A DNA stretch of 64,000 bases from an uncultured delta proteobacterium (GCA_963843145.1 CAWJJC010000022.1:32001-96000); one strand, 5' to 3'. Shown: positions 50,687 through 60,036, numbered from the stretch's first letter. Program-made: numbers and translations. The notes: generated by a model not told the origin, from the sequence alone.

Positions 50687-52152
50687 TCCTCCTCCCGGGC
50701 GTTTAGAAATTTCCCGTAATCGACCATCATCCGCAAGACCCGCACCGCCCTTTCCGGCGTAGGGTAGGAGGCCAAGCCGTAGACTTCCATTGATTCCTTA
50801 TGGAAATCCTGGGAACCCATGGTCACCGAAATGATGGGCTTTCCGGTTTCCTTGATTAAGGCCCCGGTAAAATTCATAACTTTATGGTGGCTTTCCTGAT
50901 AATAGGCGGCGATCTGTTTCAAGAGTCCTTCCTGGGCCTTCAACTGTTCATGGAAGCGGGGCTTGTCCGAAACCCGTCCGGGGATGCTGGCCCGTCCGCC
51001 CAGGGCGATGACTGCGTCGATCCCCTTCCAGCGGGCCAGCGTCTCCAGGCATTCCATGAAGGGTTCGGCGGTGATGACGGCGGCCATGTCCACCGGGTTG
51101 TTGCGGCTCCAGTAGCGGGGGAGAATTTTATCCAGCTTGTGAATTATTTCTTCGGGAAGCCGGGGGACGATCAATCCGGCTTCCTCGCAGGCATCGGTAG
51201 TGATTACCCCCCAACCGCCGCCCCGGGTCAAAATCGCCACCCGGTTTCCACGGGGGATCGGGAAGAGGGTCAGGGCCTTGGTGCAATCCATGATTTCCTG
51301 GGTGGTTGAGGCCTCGATTAAGCCCGTTTGCCGAAAGACGCCTTGATAGATGCGGTAGGAGCCGGCCAGGGCGCCGCTGTGCGAGGCAGCCGCCCGGGTA
51401 CCGGCTTGGGTCCGCCCCCCCTTGAAAACCACTACCGGTTTTTTTTTGGAAGCCTCCCGGGCCGCGGGCAGGAACTCGGAGTCGGCATCAACCCCCTCCA
51501 GGTAGGCCAGGATAACCCGGGTCGCTTCATCCTCGGCGAAGTACTTCAGGTAGTCTACGCAGGTCAGATCCCCTTCATTGCCGCTGCTGACAAACTTCTC
51601 AAAACCGATGCCGGCCTCCACCCCCCAGGCCAGTATCTGGGTGCCGATGTTTCCGCTTTGGGAAAACATGGAGACCGGCCCCGGAAGCGGCTCCACCGGC
51701 GGCATCAGGGCATGGAGGCTGGACTGGGCGCTGAAAAGACCCATGGTATTGGGGCCCACCAGGCGGATACCATACCCCCGAGCCTTGGCTACCACCACCT
51801 GCTCCAGGGTGGCGCCTTCAGCCCCGGTTTCACTGAAATCCGAGGTGATGACTACCAGATTGGGGATTTTTTTGGCGCCACAGGCATCGATCAATCCCAG
51901 GACGGTTTCCGCCGGGGTGGCGATAACGGCCAGGTCTACGGGACCGGGGATATCTTCAATTTTGGCAAAACAGGGAACCCCTAAAACCTCCTTGGCCCGG
52001 GCATTGACCGGGTAAATCGTACCCTGGTAATTCCCTTTGAGGATATTTAAGAAGACGAAGAAGCCCCATTTGCCGGGAGTGCCGGAGGCGCCGATCAAGG
52101 CCATCTGCCGCGGATTGAAGAGCAGGTCGAGATTCGGGTGCGTTCTATCCAT
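50683..52152 (-). CDS. ADP-forming acyl/acetate-CoA ligase alpha (CoA-binding) subunit
   Basis: IGAS, GPNTMG, SQSG, GNE, SHSGA (phospho-His) and NPVD motifs. Confidence 0.9.
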   Translation of the reverse strand: MDRTHPNLDLLFNPRQMALIGASGTPGKWGFFVFLNILKGNYQGTIYPVNARAKEVLGVPCFAKIEDIPGPVDLAVIATPAETVLGLIDACGAKKIPNLVVITSDFSETGAEGATLEQVVVAKARGYGIRLVGPNTMGLFSAQSSLHALMPPVEPLPGPVSMFSQSGNIGTQILAWGVEAGIGFEKFVSSGNEGDLTCVDYLKYFAEDEATRVILAYLEGVDADSEFLPAAREASKKKPVVVFKGGRTQAGTRAAASHSGALAGSYRIYQGVFRQTGLIEASTTQEIMDCTKALTLFPIPRGNRVAILTRGGGWGVITTDACEEAGLIVPRLPEEIIHKLDKILPRYWSRNNPVDMAAVITAEPFMECLETLARWKGIDAVIALGGRASIPGRVSDKPRFHEQLKAQEGLLKQIAAYYQESHHKVMNFTGALIKETGKPIISVTMGSQDFHKESMEVYGLASYPTPERAVRVLRMMVDYGKFLNAREED

Positions 52153-52181
52153 AATAAAAGGAATCAAAAAGAAGGCGATAA

Positions 52182-52203
52182 ATTGATTGATAAGTCAATC
52201 AAT
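52182..52203. promoter_or_regulatory. Perfect palindromic operator upstream of the ligase alpha gene
   Basis: ATTGATTGA-taag-TCAATCAAT. Confidence 0.6.
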
Positions 52204-52322
52204 AATATACAGCAAAGAGAGGGATCCGGTCAACTAAAAACGGTTTGGTATAATTTTAGAAACCGTTTATAATCAGTCCGGATTTGCAGGCTGAAAAATA
52301 TTTTCTGAGGGAGGACGCTGCC

Positions 52323-52895
52323 ATGGATCAAGATTTTATAGTCGCGGAAATGGGCGAAAAGCCGGAGATTAAAGGGGAGCACCTGGTTGAAGAGGTTACC
52401 GCCCAGGAGGTCAATATAACCCACAGCGGCGTCCAGGATGTGCGGGCGGCCACCGTGACCCTGCGGCAGGCAGGCGCCCGCTCGGTAAGCGCCGATCACC
52501 TGACCATCAAGCAGGGAGGAGCCGTAAAAGCCGAGGCCGAAAACCTGGAAATGACCCAGGGATGCCTGGTCGCGGCCAAGACCAAAACGGCCAAGCTGAA
52601 CACCTCCATGGCGACCCTGCTTGTTGCCCAGGGCGACGTAGAGATGGAGCAGTCCGGCGCCCAATTGCTTTTGGCCAAAGGAGAGGTGAAAATGGACCAG
52701 AGTGGAGCGGTCATTCTGGTTTCCAGAAGTGTCAAGGCGGAACATTCCGGGGTCACCTTTTTAATAGCCCGTGAGGTTGAAGGAGACCTCAAGGTCTCCT
52801 TTGGTCCCAGGGAGTCTTTTGTTTTCGGCACCGTAGCCGGCCTGGTGGGCGGGCTGACGTATTACCTCTTGCGCCGGCTGCAGCCAGGGAGATGA
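52323..52895 (+). CDS. Hypothetical repeat protein with C-terminal TM anchor
   Basis: GAGGAGG RBS; ~15-aa repeats; hydrophobic C-terminus followed by RRLQPGR. Confidence 0.75.
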   Translation: MDQDFIVAEMGEKPEIKGEHLVEEVTAQEVNITHSGVQDVRAATVTLRQAGARSVSADHLTIKQGGAVKAEAENLEMTQGCLVAAKTKTAKLNTSMATLLVAQGDVEMEQSGAQLLLAKGEVKMDQSGAVILVSRSVKAEHSGVTFLIAREVEGDLKVSFGPRESFVFGTVAGLVGGLTYYLLRRLQPGR

Positions 52896-52965
52896 AAAGC
52901 CGTGACTTGGCCAGCGGGTGTTGTTTGAAATCGGCTAAAGTTTCCTTCCCGGCGGGTATTGAAAC

Positions 52966-55188
52966 TTGACCCGGCCCCGGATCCAAGACCTCAGCCTTAA
53001 ATGGAAATTGGTCATTCCCTTTCTTTTCCTCGCGGCCATGGGGGCGGCCGCCCTGTTTGTTGTTTCCTATCGGTTCCAGGCCAGCCTGATCCAGGTTAAT
53101 GAAGACACGCGGCTGAGAAATCTTTATCAGGTCTTCTTAAACGACATTGAATCGCGAAAAAATGCAGCCCTGAGTCTGGCCTACCTGACCGCCAAAAATC
53201 CGGAGGTGGCCGAGGCCCTGGCCCGAAGGGACCGAAACCGTTTGATCACCCTGCTGTATCCCGCTTATCAGATCCTGGAAAGAGATTTCGGGGTCAGGCA
53301 GTTTCACTTCCACCTTCCCCCGGCCACCTCGTTTTTGCGGCTTCACGCCCTGGGCCGGTACGGGGAAAAAATGGAGGCCTACCGGCCGACGATCAACCGG
53401 GTCCGGGAGACCGGAGTCGGGGTGGGCGGGATCGAACGGGGGGTCCTGGGCTTGAGCATCCGCAGTGTGGCACCTGTTTTTTATCAGGGCCGCCAGATCG
53501 GGACGGTGGAATTCGGGCTCTCCCTGGAGAAGCCGCTTTTAAATGAATTTAAGAAGAATTATGGTTCGGACGTCGTTCTCTATATCCAAGAAAAACCTGA
53601 GCAAGATGGGCCCAAAGTCTTTGCCTCCACCCTGGAGCAGACCTTCCTGCCTAAGAAACTTTTCAGTCGATTGCTGGCTTCCGGGGAGGTGGTATTTCAA
53701 CCGGAGTTTCTTGGAAACCGTAAGATGGCCTCTATCATCGGACCGGTCCGGGACTTTTCCACCAAGATTATCGGGGTGGTGAAAATAAGCGTTGATCGAA
53801 GCCCGACCCTCTCCTTGCTCAATCGATATGCCTTTCTGGCCGCCGGGCTCGGTCTCCTCGGGTTGGCCGCCTCCATTTGCTTTGTCTGGTTTATTTCCGT
53901 TGCCTTTACTCGGCGGATTGGTGAGGTGGTCAAGGGTGCCGACGAAATCGCCTCCGGCCGTCGCGATACCCGCCTGGCCATAAAGAGCGGGGATGAACTG
54001 GGAGTCATGGCCCGGGCCATTAACCAGATGTTGGCATCTTTGGAGACTTCACAATCTCATCTCCAAGAGTATGCCCAAAACCTGGAGTCTATGGTCGAAC
54101 AGCGGACACGGAGCCTGAAAGAATCCGAGAAGACCTACCGGACCCTGGTGGAAAATGTCCCCCTTATCGTCTATATGATTCAACCGGATGGGACCACGGC
54201 TTTTTTGAACCGTTCGGTTGAACAGATCCTCGGCGCGCCTCCTCAACAGATGAATGGTCGGTATGATATATGGACCGGTTACATCCATCCGGAAGACCGC
54301 GATCGCATCGTTGCCCTAAGGGAAAACTGCCTGAGGGATAGAAAAGAACTTCACACGGAATACCGGATGGTTCATAAGGGAGGCGCCGTGGTCCATGTTT
54401 TTGAACACGCGGTTCCCGTTTACGATGAGGAAAAGAATTTTATTCGGATGGACGGTATCGTGGTTGACGTTACGGTGAACAAAGAACTGCAGGAGAAGAT
54501 CCTTCAGGCCCAGGAACTGGAAACCCTGGGGCAGATTTCGGCCCGGATGGCCCATGAAGTGCGCAACCCACTCACTGCGATCGGCGGACTGGCCAGGCGC
54601 TTGGTTAAATCCTTCGAACCCTCGGATCCCAGGTTGGAAAAAGGCCGACTGATCGTCGACCAGGTTCAAAAACTCGAAAAGATATTGCAAATGATGCTCG
54701 CCTATATTGAACCTCCCTCGATCCGCTTGCAGCCCGGAGACCTTAACCTGGCAGTCACCCGAGCTATTGCCGGCCTTCGAACGGAAAACCCGCCTGACGG
54801 TTTTTCCGTCAGAACCACCCTGGACCAGGATCTGGGTCTGATAAAGCTGGACCAGGACTTGTTGGAAGAAACACTGACGCACTTGCTGGAACACGCCCGG
54901 CAGCATATGGGGGGGAAAGGCGAACTAGAAGTGGCCACCCGCAAGAATGGAGCCCAGGCAACCGTAACGCTGGGTTACCCGGTACCCAGCCTTTCCGAGG
55001 AGGATCTGGAGCATTTTTTCTATCCCTTTGCCCTGGACGCCTCTCCGGAAAAAGGGGGCCTGGGAACCGAGCGGGGGGACGTTTCCCTGGTCAAAATCGT
55101 TATTCACCGGCACGGCGGCGTGATCAACGTCAGCAAAGAAAATGGTGACCGGATAAAAATCACCATCTCCCTTCCTCGGGCTTCCTAA
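52966..55188 (+). CDS. Cache-HAMP-PAS sensor kinase-like protein with degenerate ATPase domain
   Basis: QFHFH...SFLRLH Cache, HAMP, IHPEDR PAS and AHEVRNPL motifs; N and G1 boxes degenerate. Confidence 0.85.
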   Translation: MTRPRIQDLSLKWKLVIPFLFLAAMGAAALFVVSYRFQASLIQVNEDTRLRNLYQVFLNDIESRKNAALSLAYLTAKNPEVAEALARRDRNRLITLLYPAYQILERDFGVRQFHFHLPPATSFLRLHALGRYGEKMEAYRPTINRVRETGVGVGGIERGVLGLSIRSVAPVFYQGRQIGTVEFGLSLEKPLLNEFKKNYGSDVVLYIQEKPEQDGPKVFASTLEQTFLPKKLFSRLLASGEVVFQPEFLGNRKMASIIGPVRDFSTKIIGVVKISVDRSPTLSLLNRYAFLAAGLGLLGLAASICFVWFISVAFTRRIGEVVKGADEIASGRRDTRLAIKSGDELGVMARAINQMLASLETSQSHLQEYAQNLESMVEQRTRSLKESEKTYRTLVENVPLIVYMIQPDGTTAFLNRSVEQILGAPPQQMNGRYDIWTGYIHPEDRDRIVALRENCLRDRKELHTEYRMVHKGGAVVHVFEHAVPVYDEEKNFIRMDGIVVDVTVNKELQEKILQAQELETLGQISARMAHEVRNPLTAIGGLARRLVKSFEPSDPRLEKGRLIVDQVQKLEKILQMMLAYIEPPSIRLQPGDLNLAVTRAIAGLRTENPPDGFSVRTTLDQDLGLIKLDQDLLEETLTHLLEHARQHMGGKGELEVATRKNGAQATVTLGYPVPSLSEEDLEHFFYPFALDASPEKGGLGTERGDVSLVKIVIHRHGGVINVSKENGDRIKITISLPRAS

Positions 55189-55310
55189 AAATCCCGTACC
55201 GCCAAGGAGACGTCAGACCCCCGGTTGCCTCAGGGGTCCGTATCGAGGTGCAAGCACCTAAAAGAGTAATCGGGGGAAGTCTTCTTTTAGAGAGGGAAAG
55301 GAGAGAGGTT

Positions 55311-56216
55311 ATGGCTGATGTTAGAAGCCGGGTGGTGTTGGTGAAGACCAGTGATCGCCAGGAAGGGGTGAAGGCCTCCATCCGGGCCTTGGAGCTCAAC
55401 CCGGTCAAGGGGAAGGCTGTTCTGATTAAACCCAATTTCAACACCGCCGATGCCCCCCCGGGGTCCACCCATAACGATACGCTGGTTGCCCTGGTGGAAG
55501 AACTGTGGGCCATGGGGGCCAAGTCGATCAGCCTCGGGGAGCGGAGCTACCCGCCAACAAAAGAAGTCATGGAGGAGAAGGGAATCCCGCAACTCCTGGA
55601 GCGGTTGCAGGTCAAGATCATCGATTTTGACGAACTGTCCCAGAAGGATTGGGTGGAAGTGGTCCCCAGGGAAAGCCACTGGAAGAGAGGGTTCCGTGTC
55701 GCCCGGCCGGTGCTTGAAGCTGAATGCTTGGTTTCCACCGGGTGCCTGAAGACCCACCAGTACGGCGGCGTCTTCACCCTCTCCCTGAAGCTGCACGTGG
55801 GGGTGGTGCCCACCTCCCGCCAGGGGTTCGACTACATGAAGGAACTTCACACTTCTCCCTTTCAGCGGAAGCTGATCGCTGAGATCAACCAAGCCTTCAA
55901 ACCGGCCCTGGTGGTTATGGACGGAGTGGAGGTCTTCGTGGACGGCGGTCCAATGACTGGAAAGTTGGCCAAGGGAGAGGTTTTTCTGGCTTCCGCCGAC
56001 CGGGTAGCCGTCGACGCCGTCGGGGTGGCCGTGTTAAAGTTCCTGGGGAGTAATCCGTCGATAATGAAGACCAGAATTTTCGATCAGGAGCAGATCGCCC
56101 GGGCCGTGGAACTCGGGCTGGGGGCACCATCTTCAGAGGCCGTTGAACTGATTGCGGTCGATGAAAAGAGCCGTCTGGTTCGGGACCAGATCTGGGAGGT
56201 TCTCCAGCAAGGCTGA
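55311..56216 (+). CDS. DUF362 domain protein (no ferredoxin domain)
   Basis: VLIKPN, LKTH, LSLKL, DGGP and DRVAVDA motifs. Confidence 0.85.
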   Translation: MADVRSRVVLVKTSDRQEGVKASIRALELNPVKGKAVLIKPNFNTADAPPGSTHNDTLVALVEELWAMGAKSISLGERSYPPTKEVMEEKGIPQLLERLQVKIIDFDELSQKDWVEVVPRESHWKRGFRVARPVLEAECLVSTGCLKTHQYGGVFTLSLKLHVGVVPTSRQGFDYMKELHTSPFQRKLIAEINQAFKPALVVMDGVEVFVDGGPMTGKLAKGEVFLASADRVAVDAVGVAVLKFLGSNPSIMKTRIFDQEQIARAVELGLGAPSSEAVELIAVDEKSRLVRDQIWEVLQQG

Positions 56217-56314
56217 TGAGGTAATCCGTCAGTACTTCCAGATAATGGAGATCGCCATTGCTGGGCTGAAAATAGGGTTAGCATTATTAGGCCCGGCGGG
56301 GTGGTCTTTCCCGG

Positions 56315-56710
56315 TTAGGTACGGTTTTCGTCCAAGGGCGGGGCGCCCTCCAGGTCTTCATAGGCTTCGGGGATGAAGCGAGGGGTGCAGAGGCAGAGAA
56401 AAATCAAATCCTGCTGACCGGTATTGGTGATTCGCTGGCGGCAGTCCGGCGGGATCAGCACCACGTCACCGGGGTTCACTTCCCGCGGGGGCAGGCTGCC
56501 GACCTCCACGCGCCCCTTTCCTTCCAGGATGAGATAGCGCTCAGCGGTCTTCCGGACCCGATGCCAGCGGGTGGCCTTGCCCGGGGCGAGCCGGGCCCGG
56601 GCGATGGACGCCGCCGGATCGTCAGGGGTGTTGGACAATTCCAGTATATAGCAGCCTTCGGGTGTAAAATATTCCCGAAGGGGATCGAAGGGGAAAACCG
56701 TTTCTTTCAT
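56315..56710 (-). CDS. Cupin domain protein
   Basis: TRWH...ERYLILEGKG...PGDVVLIP motifs. Confidence 0.88.
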   Translation of the reverse strand: MKETVFPFDPLREYFTPEGCYILELSNTPDDPAASIARARLAPGKATRWHRVRKTAERYLILEGKGRVEVGSLPPREVNPGDVVLIPPDCRQRITNTGQQDLIFLCLCTPRFIPEAYEDLEGAPPLDENRT

Positions 56711-56732
56711 TTTTTTTAGGAGTGGTATCGTT

Positions 56733-57434
56733 TTAAGCCCTCTGGGTAAGGGCCAGGAGCCAGCGGTGCAGGGGGAGCATATTTTTATAATGATCGAAAC
56801 AGAAATCCACCAGGCCGGCGGAAAAAACCTTCGGGGTAATTGCGAAGTCCACGGCCGCGTGGAGGCCGTTGTAGAGAAGGAACTCCGCCCGGGGATGTTT
56901 AGGGTCGTAGCCGGACGGTATTTTTTTATAGTGCTTTCCGCCTATCTGATAGTTTCCCGTCACTTTGACCTTGGCTAATGCCTGGTCCAGGGCTTTTCCC
57001 TCCCGGGGATGGACCACGGATTGCCGATAAGGTTCCACCATATCCCTGGGAAAACAGTAGAGCCCCGTTCCCAATAAAATTTTGGCTGGTTCCAGGTGAA
57101 AGTAAAAACCGGAACACTCCATCCGCGGGCGGGATCCTTCCCAGAACCAGAGGGCCAGATGGGTCTTGTAGGGGGTTTTATCATGGCGGAAGCGGGTATC
57201 CCGGTTGATGCGGAAAAGGGTCTTGTTCACCCGCGGATCGGCCTGGATCCCGGGGGCGATGCTCTTTAACCGGTTTCCCAGGGCGACGATAAAATCCCGG
57301 GCCGGACCAAGGACATAGCGCTCATAGTCTTCCCGATGGTCATCAAACCACAGCTTGTTGTTGTTTTCGGCGAGCGCTTTAAAAAAAGTAAGTCCCCTTG
57401 GCGGGAAACCGGTGAAGGACGGGGGAGGATTCAT
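56733..57434 (-). CDS. DUF2461 (TIGR02453) family protein
   Basis: LAENNNKLWF and FRINRDTRFRHDKTPYK motifs. Confidence 0.88.
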   Translation of the reverse strand: MNPPPSFTGFPPRGLTFFKALAENNNKLWFDDHREDYERYVLGPARDFIVALGNRLKSIAPGIQADPRVNKTLFRINRDTRFRHDKTPYKTHLALWFWEGSRPRMECSGFYFHLEPAKILLGTGLYCFPRDMVEPYRQSVVHPREGKALDQALAKVKVTGNYQIGGKHYKKIPSGYDPKHPRAEFLLYNGLHAAVDFAITPKVFSAGLVDFCFDHYKNMLPLHRWLLALTQRA

Positions 57435-57483
57435 GGCGTATCCTTTCCAGAGGCGAAGGTTCCTGATCAATAATTTTTTTCAA

Positions 57484-57712
57484 TTATCGGTAATCCGTTG
57501 CTGGCAATCAGGGGAGATTATAACCACATCTCCCGGCCCAACCTCTTAAGGCGGCAGGTCACCGTTCTCCACCCGTCCCTTCCAGAATGGCATAGCGTCA
57601 ACCGCGTTTCGAACCCGGTGCCAACGGGTCCGAGCCCGGGCGATGGAGGCCTGCGGGTCAGAGGGGTGTTGGCCGGCCCAAGGATGTAGCCGTCGTCGGT
57701 GGCGAGAAATTC
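57484..57712 (-). pseudogene. Decayed paralog of the neighbouring cupin gene
   Basis: DPQASIARARTRWHRVR...GRVENGDLPP*EVGPGDVVIISPDCQQRIT matches the 56315-56710 product, with frameshifts and a stop. Confidence 0.75.
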
Positions 57713-58119
57713 TACTGGCTGACTCTTTTTTCGAGCACGGGAAAAATATCCGTCTGCTGGAAATCACCGCCCTTAAAAAGAAGGGTTTGACCGGAATATT
57801 TAGCCAGGGCATAGGAGCAACAATCTCCGCTGTTGAGTCCGGCAGGATGATTTCCTTTTCCATATTGGCGCCAGGCCGACCGGGCCAATTCCGCCTGATC
57901 ACCAGTCAAGGCCACGGTTTCTATTTGGGCCCGGTGCAATAGGAGATCCAGTTCGCGTCCTCCCGCCTCACCCTTTTTGGCCTCGATGACGATGGCTGTC
58001 TCCAATAAGGTGAAGGCGCTTATCAAACGCCGGTGATCCCCTGTGATGGCCCGGGCGAAAATTTCTGCTTCGGGCTCATTGAGCAGAATGGCGATCAGCG
58101 CGGAGGAGTCGATCACCAT
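57712..58119 (-). CDS. vapC: VapC PIN-domain toxin
   Basis: VIDSSAL, LLET, LNSGDCCSYA and FKGGDF motifs. Confidence 0.92.
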   Translation of the reverse strand: MVIDSSALIAILLNEPEAEIFARAITGDHRRLISAFTLLETAIVIEAKKGEAGGRELDLLLHRAQIETVALTGDQAELARSAWRQYGKGNHPAGLNSGDCCSYALAKYSGQTLLFKGGDFQQTDIFPVLEKRVSQ

Positions 58120-58373
58120 TACCGAGGCACCCCCTGCTGGTCATACCCCAAAATTTCTTCCGCTGAACGTAGGTCCATGTCAGGCAAGCTGCCGCAGCGG
58201 CGAGCGATCTTCATAAGCTCGACCTCCAGATCCGGCGAAGATCTTTGACCATGGAGACGTTCCAGGCGATCTTCCAGGGCTTGAATAATCGCCTGGGTTA
58301 TATTCTCCCCACTTTCAGTAGCCACCTCACGGGCCAGCTTTTCGGCCCGCGGATTGCGAATGCTTAGAGCCAT
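58119..58373 (-). CDS. vapB: VapB antitoxin (Rv0623-like)
   Basis: MALSIRNP...GENITQAI...EILGYD; TAATG coupling to vapC. Confidence 0.88.
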   Translation of the reverse strand: MALSIRNPRAEKLAREVATESGENITQAIIQALEDRLERLHGQRSSPDLEVELMKIARRCGSLPDMDLRSAEEILGYDQQGVPR

Positions 58374-58457
58374 TTGGTCTCCCTTTAGAGTATATAAAAT
58401 ATAAATCAATATATATTATTGAAATATTTTAGTCAAGATTCCACGCCATTTGCTGCG

Positions 58458-58481
58458 AAGGGGAGGCCGTGGCCTCCCCTT
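58458..58481. terminator. Hairpin downstream of amtB
   Basis: AAGGGGAGGC-cgtg-GCCTCCCCTT. Confidence 0.55.
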
Positions 58482-58516
58482 GTAAGGGCAACAAACTGAA
58501 GCGTCAAATTCCTGTC

Positions 58517-59839
58517 TTATCCCAAGAAACCATAGCCTTGTTCTCCATGGAGGCTTTGATCCATCCCGACCATTTCGTCCTGTTCATCCAGACGAAAGCC
58601 CATCATTTTGTTGACCAGCCAGACTAAAAGCAAAGTGAGCAACCCGGCATAAAGGATGGTGACGGCCATACCGGCAGCCTGAACGCCCAGTTGATTAAAA
58701 GAATCCCAGCTTCCACCGGCCTTCCGGGCGGCTTCGACCATCCAGCTCGGCCGGATGAAGAAGGACAGAAGGAGCACGCCAAGACCGCTGCCGACGCCGT
58801 GAACCCCGAAGACGTCGAGGGTGTCATCGTAGCCGAGTTTGTACTTCATGAGGATGGCCCCATAGCAGACCAGAGATGAAAGCGCCCCCAGAATTACGGC
58901 CCCGTACGGCAAAACCACCCCGGCCGCGGGGGTAATCACCACCAGGCCGGCCAGGATCCCGGTAACAAAACCCAGAGAAGTGGCTTTGCGAAGGTGCAGG
59001 GCTTCGATCAGCATCCAGGTTAAGGCCCCGGACGCCGCCGAGATCTGGGTCATGGTTAAGGCCCGGGCCGTATGCAGGCCGCTGGAAATGGTGCTCCCGG
59101 CATTGAATCCAAACCAGCCGACCCACAAGAGTCCCGCGCCGATCATGGTCATAACCAAGTTGTTCGGAGTGGCGGAGAGGCGCGGGTACCCTTTCCGGGC
59201 TCCCAAGAATAACACGGCCACCAGGGCGCTCACTCCGGCGGAAACGTGGATCACGGTGCCGCCGGCCAGGTCGATAATCCCCCGGGCCCCCATTGTAAAA
59301 AGGAAGCCATCCTCCGCCCAGACCCAATGGCACAGGGGACAGTATACCAGAAGAAACCAAAGGGTAATAAAAACACAGTAACTGCGAAAACGGACCCTTT
59401 CGGCAAAGGCCCCGGCGATCAAGGCCGGAGTGATGATGGCAAATTTGCCTTGAAACATGGCCACCACGTATTCGGGAACCCCGGCGGGATGAATGGCCTC
59501 GTCAATCCCTTTCAGAAAAAAGTAGTCCGGATTCCAACCGATCCAGCCCCCCAATATATTTTTTCCGAAGGACAGGGCGTATCCGCAGACCGCCCAGAGG
59601 ACCCCGATAATGGCCATGGAAACAAAACTATGCATCATGGTCCCCAGGACATTCTTGGTCCGGACCAGGCCGCCGTAAAACATGGCCAGTCCGGGAACCA
59701 TCAAAAGGACCAGCCCGGTAGAAATCAGCATCCAGGCGGTAGAACCAGTGTCAATCGGGATTTTGTCGGCGGAAAAAGCGATTTCCGGTAAACCCCATAA
59801 AGGCCAAAATAACAGGAAGAGACAACTTTTTCTAATCAT
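58517..59839 (-). CDS. amtB: Ammonium transporter
   Basis: PGLAMFYGG, FAIITPAL, DLAGGTVIH, WFGFN and DDTLDVFGVHG motifs. Confidence 0.96.
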   Translation of the reverse strand: MIRKSCLFLLFWPLWGLPEIAFSADKIPIDTGSTAWMLISTGLVLLMVPGLAMFYGGLVRTKNVLGTMMHSFVSMAIIGVLWAVCGYALSFGKNILGGWIGWNPDYFFLKGIDEAIHPAGVPEYVVAMFQGKFAIITPALIAGAFAERVRFRSYCVFITLWFLLVYCPLCHWVWAEDGFLFTMGARGIIDLAGGTVIHVSAGVSALVAVLFLGARKGYPRLSATPNNLVMTMIGAGLLWVGWFGFNAGSTISSGLHTARALTMTQISAASGALTWMLIEALHLRKATSLGFVTGILAGLVVITPAAGVVLPYGAVILGALSSLVCYGAILMKYKLGYDDTLDVFGVHGVGSGLGVLLLSFFIRPSWMVEAARKAGGSWDSFNQLGVQAAGMAVTILYAGLLTLLLVWLVNKMMGFRLDEQDEMVGMDQSLHGEQGYGFLG

Positions 59840-59874
59840 AAGGATCTCCTTAGTACTATTTCCACCGGTTCCAA

Positions 59875-60000
59875 TGCAAAGGAAATGCCCGCCGGGGGCT
59901 AATAAAAAAATATAATGATATTAATATATTGTATAGATTGCCTTAATAATATATTACATTAATGTAATTATATACTAAAAAACAATTACAATAATGTATC
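59875..60000 (-). promoter_or_regulatory. Sigma54 promoter of amtB with two upstream palindromes
   Basis: Minus strand GGGCATTTCCTTTGCA (GG-N10-GC) at 59890-59875; ATTACATTAATGTAAT at 59953-59968 and ATTACAATAATGTATC at 59985-60000. Confidence 0.65.
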
Positions 60001-60036
60001 TTAATTAGTGGCGACAGGCTCGAAAAAAGGGGTGAC

